A stretch of 64,000 bases of DNA, counting the filler, from Streblomastix strix (taxonomy: Eukaryota), in the NCBI GenBank assembly GCA_008636045.1. It is 3 parts of 3 records of this genome, joined end to end, with 100 filler letters (N's around TTAATTAATTAA, not from the genome) between each part and the next. Parts side by side here need not be neighbours in the genome. Positions count along the whole stretch, not along the records: positions 22,122 to 44,069 come from SNRW01000342.1; 2 more parts are not named here. One strand, written 5' to 3'. The notes below the pieces were generated by a model. The model was not told the DNA's origin. It made no database searches and saw only the letters and a program-made list of their open reading frames with translations. This document shows, one piece after another, positions 27,747-40,929 of this stretch. Made by a program: the position numbers and the translations under genes. How positions within the stretch are numbered: position 1 is the stretch's first letter; every line of letters begins with the position of its first letter.

Positions 27747-30422
27747 ATGAGTACAGCAATAACAGCAGTTACTTATGTTCTAATTTTTGGAATTGTTATT
27801 TTAGCGTGCGCAATAGACTTACTTCATAATAGGAAGCCACCAAATAAATATCCATTCAAATTTATATTTCGGCGATTTTTGAACTGGTTTACTGTAGGTC
27901 TGACGTATGCTTGTACATATTTCGGTCGTTATAATATGAGTATGTTGAATACACCCGATGTTCATGCATCACTCGGAGTCTCACCAACTCAGTTTGGAGT
28001 AGTTATAACAGTTGCATATTTTGTATATGCGATATGTGTTGTAATTAATGGGTTTGTTGTTGATAGGATTGGTGGGAAGACGGCTTCAGTAATTGGATCA
28101 TTCGGTTCTTCTATTATGAATTTGCTTATGGGTATTTTCTTACTATTTACATAGATAAAAGGAGCGGGAAACGTTGCTATTCTTTGTCTAATGTACTCAC
28201 TTAATGAGTTTTGTCAATCATTCTGCACAACAGCGATCTGCAAAGTCGGAGTGTATTGGTATCATATGAGTGAACGTGGCATATTCGGAGGAATCTTTGG
28301 AATCATCATTTCTTTTGGATTCTTCCTGGCTTTATAAGGTATTATAATATACTATTTATTAGAAAGAAAAATTAAAACAAATTATAAGAATTTATTTAAA
28401 ATAAAATAAAATATTTAATTTCTTAAAAAAATTTTAACTATTTAAATTCTACAAAATTAACTAAAAGTTAATGCCAATATAAAGTCCCAATTTCATTACA
28501 GTGCAATTTTCTTCATCCCCTCTGTAATGTTGTCTATATTTTCACTTCTTTGTGTATTCTTTGTCCGCGCAACTCCTGATGATGCCGGATTTCCTGCTGT
28601 TGATGAAGAAATATAATAAGAATAAGAAGAAAACCGTAGATAGTAGAGAGAAAACTAGCAAAGTTAATATATTATCCAGAATTAAGGTGAATATTCATAA
28701 GGTTCTTCTTCAACATCAGCATTCATTATCAATTCTAATTCCACTTCAGATTAATTTTAATCATTGAATTAGAAGGAGGAAACTAGCTCATTAATGAAGA
28801 AAATTGGAAGTGAAAGTAAATAAGATTATGGAATGCCAATTAAAGAAGTAGGAAAAAGAATTTTAGGAAATAAAGTATTTTTTGTTCTTGCACTTATTGA
28901 TTTCTGTGTTGGATGGTGTAGAGATGGTGTGATAAATAATATGGCAATGTACTTTAAGATGCGTTGGGATGCATCAGAAGATTCAACTCTATTCAATTTA
29001 GCTTCAACTGGGCTAACTGTTGGATCTATGTTTGGGTCACTTGTTTGTGGAATTGTATCAGATTTATTTTTCCATTCACGTCGCCCACCTGTTGCCTTCC
29101 TCTCATTATCATTATACTTCATTTGTATTCTTATCACATTCTTTGCTTAAAAAGCTTGGATTGCAACTCTATCAATTTCTATGACTGCATTTTGTTTCTC
29201 AGGAGTACATGGTATTATGTATGTGAACAATACATTTTTTGTATTAATTTTCAAATTTTTCTTACATATTTATTATTATACTATATTATATTATTTAATA
29301 TGTTTTATATTGATTTTTTTTATTTTTATTGTGTTTTATTTTTGTTTTCAACAGAACATCATCAGCAGCGATGGATTTTGCCGGTGCAAGAGCCACAGCC
29401 ACTGCAACTGGTATATTTATTTGCATCATTAAATTCAATTTATCCAAATTTTTTATTTCAAAACTTCGATATGTTTATATTTATTTTACACATTTAATTT
29501 CTATGTTTCATAATGTTATATTAGTTCATATATGTTATTATTATGCAATTATTAATGTTTCATATTACAATTATTGACAGATAATCAATATATATATATA
29601 TATATATATGAAAGAGAAAATATGCATAAATGTACATATTCGTTAATATCATATACAAAATCTTTTTAAGTTTAAATTAGCAATCATAGATAGTTATTAG
29701 AAAACATTAAGAAAATATATGATAGTTAAATAATATAATATGACATAATAGCTATTAGTAACAAAAAAGTTAGCTTTATTTTAATTTAGATCATAAACTC
29801 CTTTTATATACTTGTATATAAAAATGTTAATAAAACTTAATAGAACCAGAATTCAATATTGATTGTATTATAAAAATATTACGTACATATATATCATATA
29901 CATATATTAATATCATATACTAATTATACACATTAATATAGGAAAATAAAAAAATAAAAACTCGCAAACTTCAATTTATCGCATCCGTAATATATTAATA
30001 TCTAACTATTTTTCATTATATTTTATTATTTATTTATTTATTTTATTTTAATTTCTTTCTTTGCATTTTTAATTACTTTAGGTTTATTAGACGGAATTTA
30101 AAAGATAGGAAGTTCACTTACAGGTGTTGTCATGAATAGACTTTGGTAAACTAATCTTGGATATAAAGCTTGGTTGATCTCTCTTATGCCTGCGTCTGTT
30201 ATTGGAGCTCTTCTCGTCTTACCAATAATCAAAGAGAAGGGTGGGAAAAAACCGAATTAAAAATCAGATAATTAATCAAATGCTAAAGATACTGAAGTAG
30301 ATCAATTTAATCTATTATACAAAGATGGTTAAAATTCCGATTAAACTGGAATTTAAGGATCTATTGAATAATCTAATGATACAAGCAGTACTGACCATCT
30401 GATACCAATGATTAAAAAGTGA
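27747..30422 (+). CDS. MFS transporter, organophosphate:Pi antiporter (GlpT/UhpT/SLC37-like) family
   Basis: RRFLNWFTVGLTYACTYFGRYNMS, INGFVVDRIGGK, WYHMSERGIFGGIF, CGIVSDLFFHSRRPP, AAMDFAGARATATATGLLDG. Exons about 27747-28338, 28468-29218, 29354-29410, 30082-30422; TGA 30420-30422. Confidence 0.88.
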
Positions 30423-30522
30423 TTATTTTGTTATTTAGTTTGACATTGAATACAAAAAAAAATAAACAATTTCATAAATGCTCATATTCATTGTTTTATT
30501 TTAATTGTACTTTTGCTATAGC

Positions 30523-32207
30523 TCATTCTGCTTCTTCTGTGAATTAAAAAGAAGAAAAAGGAGAATGAAATGAGATTGGAAAAAAATTTGTTTTAATTTT
30601 ATCCATTTTTAATGAATTGCCACTTTCATCAATTTCATTGTCAAGTCTTCTTCTTTTACGGATTCCATGGTTAAATGTGCTATTATTTTCTGATTTATTA
30701 TCAATTGAATTACTTTATCTATCTAATGCATTTTGAATATTCATATTCATCTCTAATTCTATTTTCTAATCAAAATTTGCAAAGCTTGGTATAAATTGAT
30801 TCAATCCATCAGCTCGCTCAAATATACCTGTAGATGGAAGATGTTCAACAACAGCTTCTGATCCTACAATATTATTTTCTATTCCAAGTCTCCTTGTTCG
30901 TCTGGCTGCTTTCCCTGTTAACATTGGAGTTTCTAAGGCTGAAAGGAAAAGTTGCTTTGAACTTTAATTTGTAAATTTAGTAATATCCCAATGTGAAAGG
31001 TCTGTTTCAAAATTGACGAATGAATGAGCCATTTTTGCAATTTGAGTATTATAATGGTTGGTTAATGTCTAAAAAAATATTTGAATAAATAAATTAAAAG
31101 TATAAATAAATATATAAATTTTTGCAATTATGTTATTTATGTAAATTTATATACAGCTATTTCCCAGAGAAAGCTATTTTCAGCACCCGTATTCTAAGGA
31201 TTTGTTTCATTTGGATTAAATTTATCATGATCTGATCTATATGCATCGGTGCGCATAATGAAGGAAGACTGACCATCTTAAATTTCAATATTCTTTGTCT
31301 TTCCTCCTTTTTATTCATCTAAAGAAGATATTTATATTGGATTGGCATTTTGTTATTTATCAGAATTTTCTATTCCAATCATATATCTTAGTTAGGAATG
31401 GCGTACGAGTATATTGTGAATGAGTGCTAGATAACCTGTACATGCCCAACAATATCCATTTTTCAAAGCATTCTATGCGGCTTTCTTTGCAAAACTTGCT
31501 GCTATTGATCTAGGTAGCATTGGTGATGAAAGATATTGATCTGTATATTGAAGAAGACGGGTATGATAAGATTGCGATGTATGTTGGTCAGCAAATAAAG
31601 AATATAATCGAATATAAAAGGGTGGATAATCAGCTCCACAGTTCAACATTAAATATGCCATTCCACCAAGTGCAAGAAGAGCATTCATCGCATTTTATGA
31701 ACCAATTTATGTGTGTATGAAATCAGTAAAGAGAATTGGGTTTGGAAGAAAAGGCAGAATGTTACACTCTAAAGATGCTAAAATCTATCGTTAAATATCT
31801 GATGGAAGATTAAGTCTAATTAATGCTGTCCACACTTTATCTACAACAATAGTATTCTTGAGACTAATTGCAATATCACGTGTAAGATGAAATTATATCA
31901 TAATAGTAAATGATGTCCTTATAATATCATGAAGATGTATAGAAGAGTTTGTTTCATTTTTATTTATATCTTGATCCTTTCTACACTCATTTAGTAATTT
32001 TCCAACAGAATTAAGTATAATTTCTGATTATTTAGGAAATTATTGACAATGCATCACCAATTAGGCAAGAATCTCGGCAGAAATATGACCAGAATTTATA
32101 ATATTGATTATCAACTGCACAATAATCTGATTTCCTTGATTCACAGTATGCTCATTTTTAAGAAGCTTTTTGACATCAGAAAGTTAAATGGTTATGCTAG
32201 AAATCAT
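30523..32207 (-). CDS. NOC4: CBF/Mak21-domain nucleolar complex protein, NOC4-like
   Basis: ILPFLPNPILFTDFI..LLALGGMAYLM..DYPPFYIRLYSL..YLSSPMLPRSIAASFAKK..FNPNETNPQNTGAENSFLWEIA|TLTNHY match Noc4/CBF motifs. One intron about 31070-31154; TGA 30523-30525. Confidence 0.8.
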
Positions 32208-34974
32208 CCTTCAATAATATTAATTATTAACTATAAGAAGGTATTACTGAAATAGATAACTATACAGTAAAATGATGGGGGAAATTGTTATTTTCAAATG
32301 TCGCAAAAATTGTAATATTTTGTTATATAGATAGTAAATTAGTTAGTTTGTTTAAATTTATTATAAATTAATATAAAAAATAATTGTAAATCTATATCAA
32401 AGCAATAGTTTATGCATTATATAAAATATAAAAAAATATAATAGAAATATGTTATATATATCAAAGGAGGTTGATTTTGGCAAATTTTGAGTATCATTGT
32501 TGTTGTATGAAGGTTTTATAATAAAAATAAAATAGTTTTTCTGTTAATATATTCGAATAATTGGACAGATAAAATATATTTGTTCCAGTTAAACTAGTAT
32601 CCTTGAAAAAATCATGAAGAAAATGACGTTAGTGTCGCAGATAATCTGTCTATGAATTTATTGCATTTGTTAGTTTATATTGGTTTAAACAATAATAAAG
32701 CGATATATTTTATTTAAACTGCAAAAAATAGTAATAGAGAGTGTGTAAAAAATAGCAAATAATTTGTGTTCTCGATATTCAGTCATATATGAATTAATAT
32801 TCATTTTTTGACTATATATGGACCCTACATAATCTTTAAATGTTATAAATATAAAAAAAATTAACTTAGATAAGTTATCCAATAGGTTATTTTTGTTCTC
32901 AAAAAATTTTTTTTTGTAAATTTGTTAGACATCTTTGAAATAAAATCGTATGATTTGTTTAAATAGAGTAAATAAAAATAAAAATTTATGAAAAATTTTA
33001 TTAATATTTAACATTAATTGATTAATACAGTTATGAATATTAAGATATTAATAAAAGCAAGATCATATGTATTAAAAAAATACTTAAATTGCTTTATAAT
33101 TAATATAATTTTTCAAGTAAAAATAATGCAATTTAGTTTAATTGTTAATTAACTAGTGGATATAATTGTTATTTTAGAAAATTTTAATCAACAAAAAACC
33201 ATGGACTTATTAAAATTTACAAATAAAAATGTTATCTCATCATATGCATATCCATTTTTTAAGATATTAAAATATATGATTATATAACTATTATAAAATT
33301 ATTACTATTAAAATATTTGATAAATTTAACGTCCAGTTAATACAAATTAAATTCAAAAATAAAATAATATAAGGATGGCACAAATTGATATTTTCATTTT
33401 TTTGTCAAAATTTCTATCATCAGCAGTAAAACCAACGTGTGAAATGCACAAATTTTTGGTTTTCCTACGAGTGAAAACATCATTTTCTGCTTTTCTCCCA
33501 TTAGTTTTCCATTTTTTTTACTCTCATTATTTTTAAAAAAAAAAGCCATTTTTTGATGACATCTTTTTGAGTGTCTTCGTCTTCTATGATCGTATCAAAA
33601 TCGACGTTCAAAGTGGACTAATAGAAGAAAATTTGATAAGATTTTAGGCGCATTGGCATCAAGAATGATGTCTGAATGATGTTTTAGTTTGCTTGCAATA
33701 AAAATTATGAATTTCCAATTTGATTTTTTCCAATTTTATTTTTTGCCAAATTTTTGGATTTCAATTTTATTTCTTTAAATTTTTTTGGTAATTTTTTTGA
33801 TTTCGCGTTTCTAAAATGTATAATAACGAAGTTTCGGAAAAACTGAGTTTTAAAGTTGATGATAAGAATTATAAGCTGACGCGATTTCATGCCTTATAAT
33901 TTTTTTTGACTTATATTTCAAACATTACGATTGTTTTATTGAGTCAATCAATTTTAAACTAATTATTCTAAAGATAATTTTTTTTAAACAAAATTAATTA
34001 TTTTATAAATTTTTATTAAAAAAATATTACTTATTTATATTTGTAAGTGGGGAGATTAGAATGAATGGATTCAGTTTTAAAAATCAAAAAGTTAATAATT
34101 ATTAATTTGAAACCAAATATTCTCGGTAGTAATAATAATAATAAATCCGAACAATAATTAATGTCATAGAGAGTATCTTGTTATGTTACGTCAGTGTTTA
34201 TGATTGAATCAGAAAATTGAATTAAATCGGACAATATTATAAATCATAGCTACTTTTATTCATAGATCAAAAATAGTTAATTAATGATATAGCATAATAT
34301 ATTAATAGTAAATTTTCTTTTAAAATTAAATCTGATTAAATATTATTCGTTAATGCAAAGTATATTATTAATAATGCTTTAATGAAAATCAAAATTGAGG
34401 AATTAAATTTAAAAGTAATGTGATCCAAATATGATATCTAGATTATTGCTTGGTGCGTTTAAGTCAATATACAATACAAATGGAAATGGATTTGGGGAAC
34501 CATAAAAAGGAAAGAGGCGAATGTATAGCAATATTTAAATAGAAAGCAAAATATATTTTAAATATGAAAAAAATATATACATTTGAAGCAGTTATTTTTT
34601 ATTTCAGTTATTATGCAATAAATTGTAAAAGATAAATATTGTTTTATTCAGAACTAGATAATTTTAATTAGATGTAAGTTTTCTATACATAATTTAAAGG
34701 ATAAAAATTATTTCTAAATGAAATGAAATGAAAAATATATTTGAATTTATAAGAAGAATATAAAATATATTTAAACACCATTGACTAGATTGTACTGATA
34801 AATGTAAAATGTCTAAGTTTATCCTTGTGATCAATAACTGAACAAATACCATCTTAGACTAAGTACTTCCCATTGTACGGTTCGTGTATATTTAGATGTC
34901 AAGATGAGTTAAAACATGTTTATGCATTTCAATTTCTGTTTTAATCTTAACATTACAATGTTCAAATAGACATA

Positions 34975-35160
34975 AATAATATATATAAGAACTGTGCGAC
35001 TGACGATTAATTTTGCAGCGCTATTTGTATCCATAATCCCCGCGCCAAATCACAATAACAACTCAACGAAATTCATCAATATAATGTGTAAATCATATGG
35101 ACAATACTAAGCAAATACCTGTGACACATTCATATACATTAATCATCAAAAATAATTCAA
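34975..35160 (+). repeat. Left inverted repeat of the pPolB element
   Basis: ccgcgccaaatcacaataacaactcaacgaaattcatcaatataatgtgtaaatcatatggacaatactaagc aligns to the reverse complement of 40975-41048, with a 27-bp perfect match (35067-35093 vs 40995-41021). Confidence 0.9.
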
Positions 35161-38100
35161 AATAATTCAATTAAGTAATGATCAGCACTAATTCCATAGA
35201 TAAACGGAGCACAACATTTATTAGATAATACAACCATTTTATTATGAACTCCTGTGAGTGCAGATTTTTCAGTACTAATCATGGACATTATTCCAATTTT
35301 CATCTATAAATTATTAGTAGTCATATTTATGTTACACTCCTTATTAAAGCATTTAATGTAGTCATTAGTTGTTAGATTTACCTTCTTTTCGCTAACTCCT
35401 TTCATTCAATTCACTAATGATACTATGTCATCATTTTGTTCTTTTCCATTGTATATACTGTAACATTTAGGTGCGAAACAAACGATATTCCCTCCTTATG
35501 ACTCAGTTGCAATACCCATTAATTTCTTCTCCTCGGCAATAATACAATCATCCCAATGCAACCATTCTTTATAGTGTTAGACGTAAGATTATTAATCTTT
35601 ACTTACATATTTCAATCACTATTTATATCCTTCAGTTTATGATCCTGCAATAGCTAAATACATTGAGTCAATATCCATATTACAGAAATATACTCTATCG
35701 ATATCAATACGTTGATAGCGAAAGTTATATACAAAATTAAGATACATGAACTTTCTATTGTCTGGAGTGAGCACAGTTTCTTGAAGAGGCTTATTAAATT
35801 AAAATTATCCAGGTGATTCACTAACCACATATTATGCTTCTTCAATAACTTCATAATAAGAATTATATACATCATCACTTATTTTCCTGTTGCATTATGA
35901 TCTTATTTCAATTATTTGATTGAAGCATGAAGAGCATTATTAAAGGATATTTTATCAAATTATGCATTATTTTATCCTTCTCTTCCAAAAGCTCTATTTT
36001 GAATCTGTTTGTAGTATAGCGATTTTGTGTCATCATTTTGGCTAATTGCATCCTATCTCTTACTCATCATTGTGCATGCAAATGATTCAAATCCTAAGTA
36101 TTTATCGAATAGTGCTATTGAATCGATATCATCATTAATAAGATTACAATATTCAATCAAAAACCACAATATATAGCTAGTGAAGCACATAAACTGATTG
36201 TGTATTGATAATTATGCTGTTAGTTTTGTGGTTGGTTTGTCAAAAGATCGTCCATATGATTTCATCTTATTGTACATAAATTCCCCTATCTGTTCTATGG
36301 AATTATTATTTGATAATTTTCTCCATATAGATGCTAAATTAATAGGAGAATTAATATGTTTTTCTTTAATATGACCTTTAATTTTCTCACGGAATAGTTA
36401 CCCTTTATCATTAAATCTATCATCACTCATAATTATATCTCGAGCTTTCTATTTTGAATTATTAGATGTACATTTGAAGTAATTAGTTAATCCACCAGCT
36501 TGATATATTCGATGATTCGTATAAGGGTTATTTTTGTTGAATATACCACTAAATACATTGGGATAAAGAGAGTTGAAATCTAAATCAAAGATGTGAGTAA
36601 CAACATGTTAATTATCATATGACGTTATTGTTTTAGTTACATGATTATATCTAAGTTTGTTAATATGTGTGATACCTTTCAAATTATACTAATGAAACAT
36701 TTTAGATAAACAGCCTTACGTACATTCTTTTAGCATATTATATAAAGATTCATTGATAATTGTCATAGGTAGATGTTTACAGATAGCCTATTTCATCAAT
36801 TGTATCTTTAATTTATTTATGTTATTGTCTTTATCAGCTTTACCTATATTACGTATTTAACATGCTAATTAACAATTCTATTTTGTTTGTCGAATTGAAT
36901 TATCTATTCTGTCTAATGTAGGCTTGTTTTCTTTAGTGAATTTATTGTGACAGATTTCATGTTTCATTAGCTACTTTATCTCTAATCCAATCAATATCTT
37001 CTCCATTAATATTATTAATTGTGTTTTTTTGCTTAATCATCTTAATATGTATATCCTCGAACTTTATTATTCCAACAGCATTAAGTAACTTCAAATTATT
37101 CAAAACCACTAACTATATTATAACTTGCATTGATGTCAAATTTTTCATAATAGTACTTATAATTAATTTAATTAGCAATTTGAGCAAATTACATTCATTT
37201 TAACATATCAACTTTCTCTTCCCACGATATAGGAATTAGTTGATTGATAGGGTTAGTCATACAGGTACCATCTCTAATATTTTAATGCTTTAGATAAGCA
37301 CATCTGTCAGTGAAAATGAATGAATTTTTACTAAACTTTTCATAATCTTCATCATTAATATTTTTATTATTAAGTTTTTCATAGAAATCTACTTTTGTAA
37401 ACTGTACTGTTTGTCCTAGTTCTTATTTATAGTAATCATAATTGAATGATCCATGTGAAAATATACCTTTTGTTAATTTTATATCTTTTGTTCCTAATTT
37501 CTCAACAAATTACTTTAATGTGTTGTTTGGTGGGATGAAGGATAATTTGTCAATAATCCTCAAATCAAATTAATAATCTTAATGTGATACAATTGTCTAT
37601 TTAGCTACAGTTGTTGATCTCATATATTAAATTTTAGTATTATTTTTAATTAAATGTTTGAGTAATAGATTCATATCAAATTTCTTAGAATTGAATCCTA
37701 TAACTGATACTTGAGGTTTATATGGTTTATAATTTTTATCATCAATTATAACATCAGATATACTTGATTAGTTAGCTTCATTAACTTTAATAGCAACTTC
37801 AAACAATTAACTTATCCAATATTCAATAAAATCGGATCCATCACGTAAATCGAGATATAATATAGTAATAATAAAATTTACGGTAGCAGCTGGTGCTAAA
37901 GACAGGGGCCTTAATTATGCATGAACATTGTCTACATCATTAACTATGTTTTCTATCGTTTCAAAATCAAATGTAATGTAATTAAGTGTTGGTGTTAATA
38001 AATCTGATTAGCCTGTTGCAATTAATTTCTATAGTAGCTTATTATTTGATATATAAGGATAAAATGGTTTTGATAAATGATCTAATTTAACTAATTTAGC

Positions 38101-40259
38101 TGTCTTAGGACCTTAACAATACTTCAAATGCCTTGCTAAATCACGATAATAATGTTAGTTCTTAGTATTATATATTTTCGAACAATATCGATGGCAGAGT
38201 TTTCCATTAATTATCTTATTAATATCACTAATATACATTGGATAGATTTTATCAACAAATGACAATGGAACTAATAGTACGTTAACAGTTTGAAAATCGT
38301 AATCAATAATATCTTCTTCAAATTTGTTAAATTGTTCAACATCGCTACGATTTGTTTTATGTTTCATTTCATCCCATATGTATGATATTACATTTAGTTT
38401 GAATATCTATTGAAAATTTTCTAAATCTATTATCAAATTGAAACCTTTATATTATTCGAGTAGCTATTTATTAGCCTTATTTAATCTACTGCTTGGATTA
38501 ATGTCATAGTATTAGAATAAGAATTTAATCGCATCAATTATTCTACTACAAGTACTTTCAATCACAGGGTGTGATGCAAATTATGCAACTATAAACTAAC
38601 AAATTTTGTAATCATAATCTACATTTCTAGTGATATATTCATTATTGAAGTAATAACCTACTTTATCCATTTTAGTGCCTAATAGCAATCTAAAAACAAC
38701 AATCAAAAACGAAAATAGTGCTACTATTAATGTTGATGAATCTTCATGAAGGCAATCATAATAATCTGATAGTAAATTGACAGCTTTATATTTGAAATAG
38801 TCATTAGTCTGTTTATCACGAACTACAGTGTTAGGCAGAATCTTGTAACTGTTATCTGCACTTAGTCTTCTGTGAGAGTAATGATATTCATCTAATGTTT
38901 GTTAATACTTATAGATTTATTACTTTTTCTATTAAATAGACCCAAAATCAATGTATGCTTTATATGGTTCAGCTTTCCCTAATTCATATACCTAATCAAT
39001 TTTATATTTCAGTTGTTATAAGTCATAGAAATGATTGTAATAGTATTAGATATATGGTTCTTTATTTTCGATATCTTTTGACTTCATTAATTCATCAGGT
39101 AATATTTCTATATTAACTTAATTCTTCCCTAAGAATTTCTTAAGTGCTTGAGTAAGTGTAGCATAATAGTCTGATAAGTTCTATTGTGTGAAGAGAAATA
39201 ATACTTTCTAATCAAGTTCCCTATTTTCGTTTAATTATTCTGAAATTTTAATATTTTTTTCACTAAAATGATCTTTATGAAATTTATAATATTCATCATT
39301 AAGATTTTTCACTTTTTTATTAATTTCTTTAGAACCTAATTTTACTTCTAGGTATTTGAGAATTTTAATTGGTTTTTTCACCTTATCTCTTATACCTTGA
39401 ATTAATGATTACTTATTATAACTATTAGTATAGCTAATTTCTCTTCCATTTGTCTTAAATTACCTTAGCTGCTTTACTTGATTATTGCCAAAGTTGTTCT
39501 GCTAAATGTCTTCGGTAATGCTTTTGGATTAGTATAGCTGCTTTATTCTATTTCTCTAATTTGTCCTTCAATTCTTGTATCTCATATTGATGTAACTGTT
39601 CTTATTGTTCTAATTTTTATTAATGTTTCAATTATTGTTCAACAAATATTTATTCTTAATTTGAATTAACTTTCTTTGGCTATTAAACATCATTACTCAA
39701 ATCAAATCCTTCTCTCAATATGTTGTTTATTATTTGAAATGACTCTTGAAATTAATGTATTTAATTAGTGATTTATTGTTTGGCTTGTAACATCTATTGC
39801 ATACGCTATCTACAACCACTTTCATCAAATTTTTATTTAAAATTTGCTCAGTACTTAACAGGATCAAATATACCTTCATGATCAGTATTATCAGACTAAT
39901 CTAAATTATTTAAAATTTCATCAATACTTGTGGTTAATTATGGTTACTGTTAATCATTATTCAACTATTATTACTATTTTTGAACTACTTTTATTAATGG
40001 TTATATTTTGTGGCTATTGTTATTGTTCGAATAATTCCAAATATTATTACTACTAATCATTTCTTTCAGCAACAATTTGATTATCAAATGCTACTATTTC
40101 AGATATATCGGTTATATGTCTTTAATAACGCAAACGATGCAGTTCATTTGTGAACATAATTCTTAATTCAACTGATGTATAATTAGGTAGACATTGAACT
40201 TATAATTGATCTAGTAAATTATAAATCTATCATTTACTTATTCTATATTTTTCTGCCAT
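35157..40259 (-). pseudogene. Protein-primed family B DNA polymerase (pPolB) with long N-terminal extension; several frameshifts and in-frame TGA
   Basis: ExoI ITFDFETIE (~37960), ExoII VIGFNSKKFDM (~37690), TKGIFSH, motif A DLDFNSLYP (~36570), motif B YYKQIQNRAFG (~36000), motif C NMDIDSMY (~35670), FAPKCY, MKGV. In-frame TGA at 35616-35618, 35406-35408 and codon 10; frameshifts near 35882, 36960, 39110, 39410 and 39990. No introns; uses TAA/TAG=Gln. Confidence 0.9.
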
Positions 40260-40320
40260 TTGTATATGGAAAAAATGCAATTTATTATTTGAAATTTTTC
40301 TGAATTTTTATTTTTAATAA

Positions 40321-40674
40321 ATGATATAAGAATTGAAGTCGTTATTAATATAAATACCATCAATCAAATCACCTAAAGAAATGCGTTAATTTGTAAAAAT
40401 GAATCATGAATCATTATCTGTTGTTATGACTTCAACTTTAAACAGATATATGACAATACCATAATTTGTGTTCTATCGATGAAATGGTTAGATATATGTT
40501 TATTGTAACCGTAAATATAGATGCAAACAACCTGAATTACCACCTTAATATATCAATTAGTTAAGTGATAAATTGATAGTATTAATGAAAATTCAGATTG
40601 ATTGTATAATATTTTTATCTAAAATATTTTTAATTATTGAAACATAAAGTATACTCACATTTGAAATTATTTGA
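40321..40674 (+). pseudogene. Small ORF divergent from pPolB (~117 codons, internal TGA at 40480-40482)
   Basis: MIQELKSLLIQIPSIKSPKEMRQFVKMNHESLSVVMTSTLNRYMTIPQFVFYR*NGQIYVY..; its ATG is 61 bp from the pPolB ATG, head to head, inside the inverted repeats. Confidence 0.5.
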
Positions 40675-40929
40675 AAAATTTTATTTATTTATTTCATATT
40701 ATTTTAACACATAATCTCAAAACACTATGTTAATTAATATTCATATTTGTAATATATGTAGTAATATAGACTGTACATATAAGTAATTGATATAATTAGT
40801 CTATTTGTCAGTGAAGAAATTAATAGTTAAAATTGTTAAATTTTTTCATTAATTTTGAAAATTAGGCATTTATTTATTATATAATTTTGAATAATTTTGA
40901 ATAATTTTTAAATATTAATTTATAGCATT

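Noticed and set aside
29586..29610. (TA)n microsatellite
   Set aside because: Ordinary intronic microsatellite in the MFS gene.
33367..33898. T-skewed segment bounded by TATAAGG...CCTTATA, possible MITE
   Set aside because: Only about 7 bp of inverted match in AT-rich DNA and no second copy in the window.
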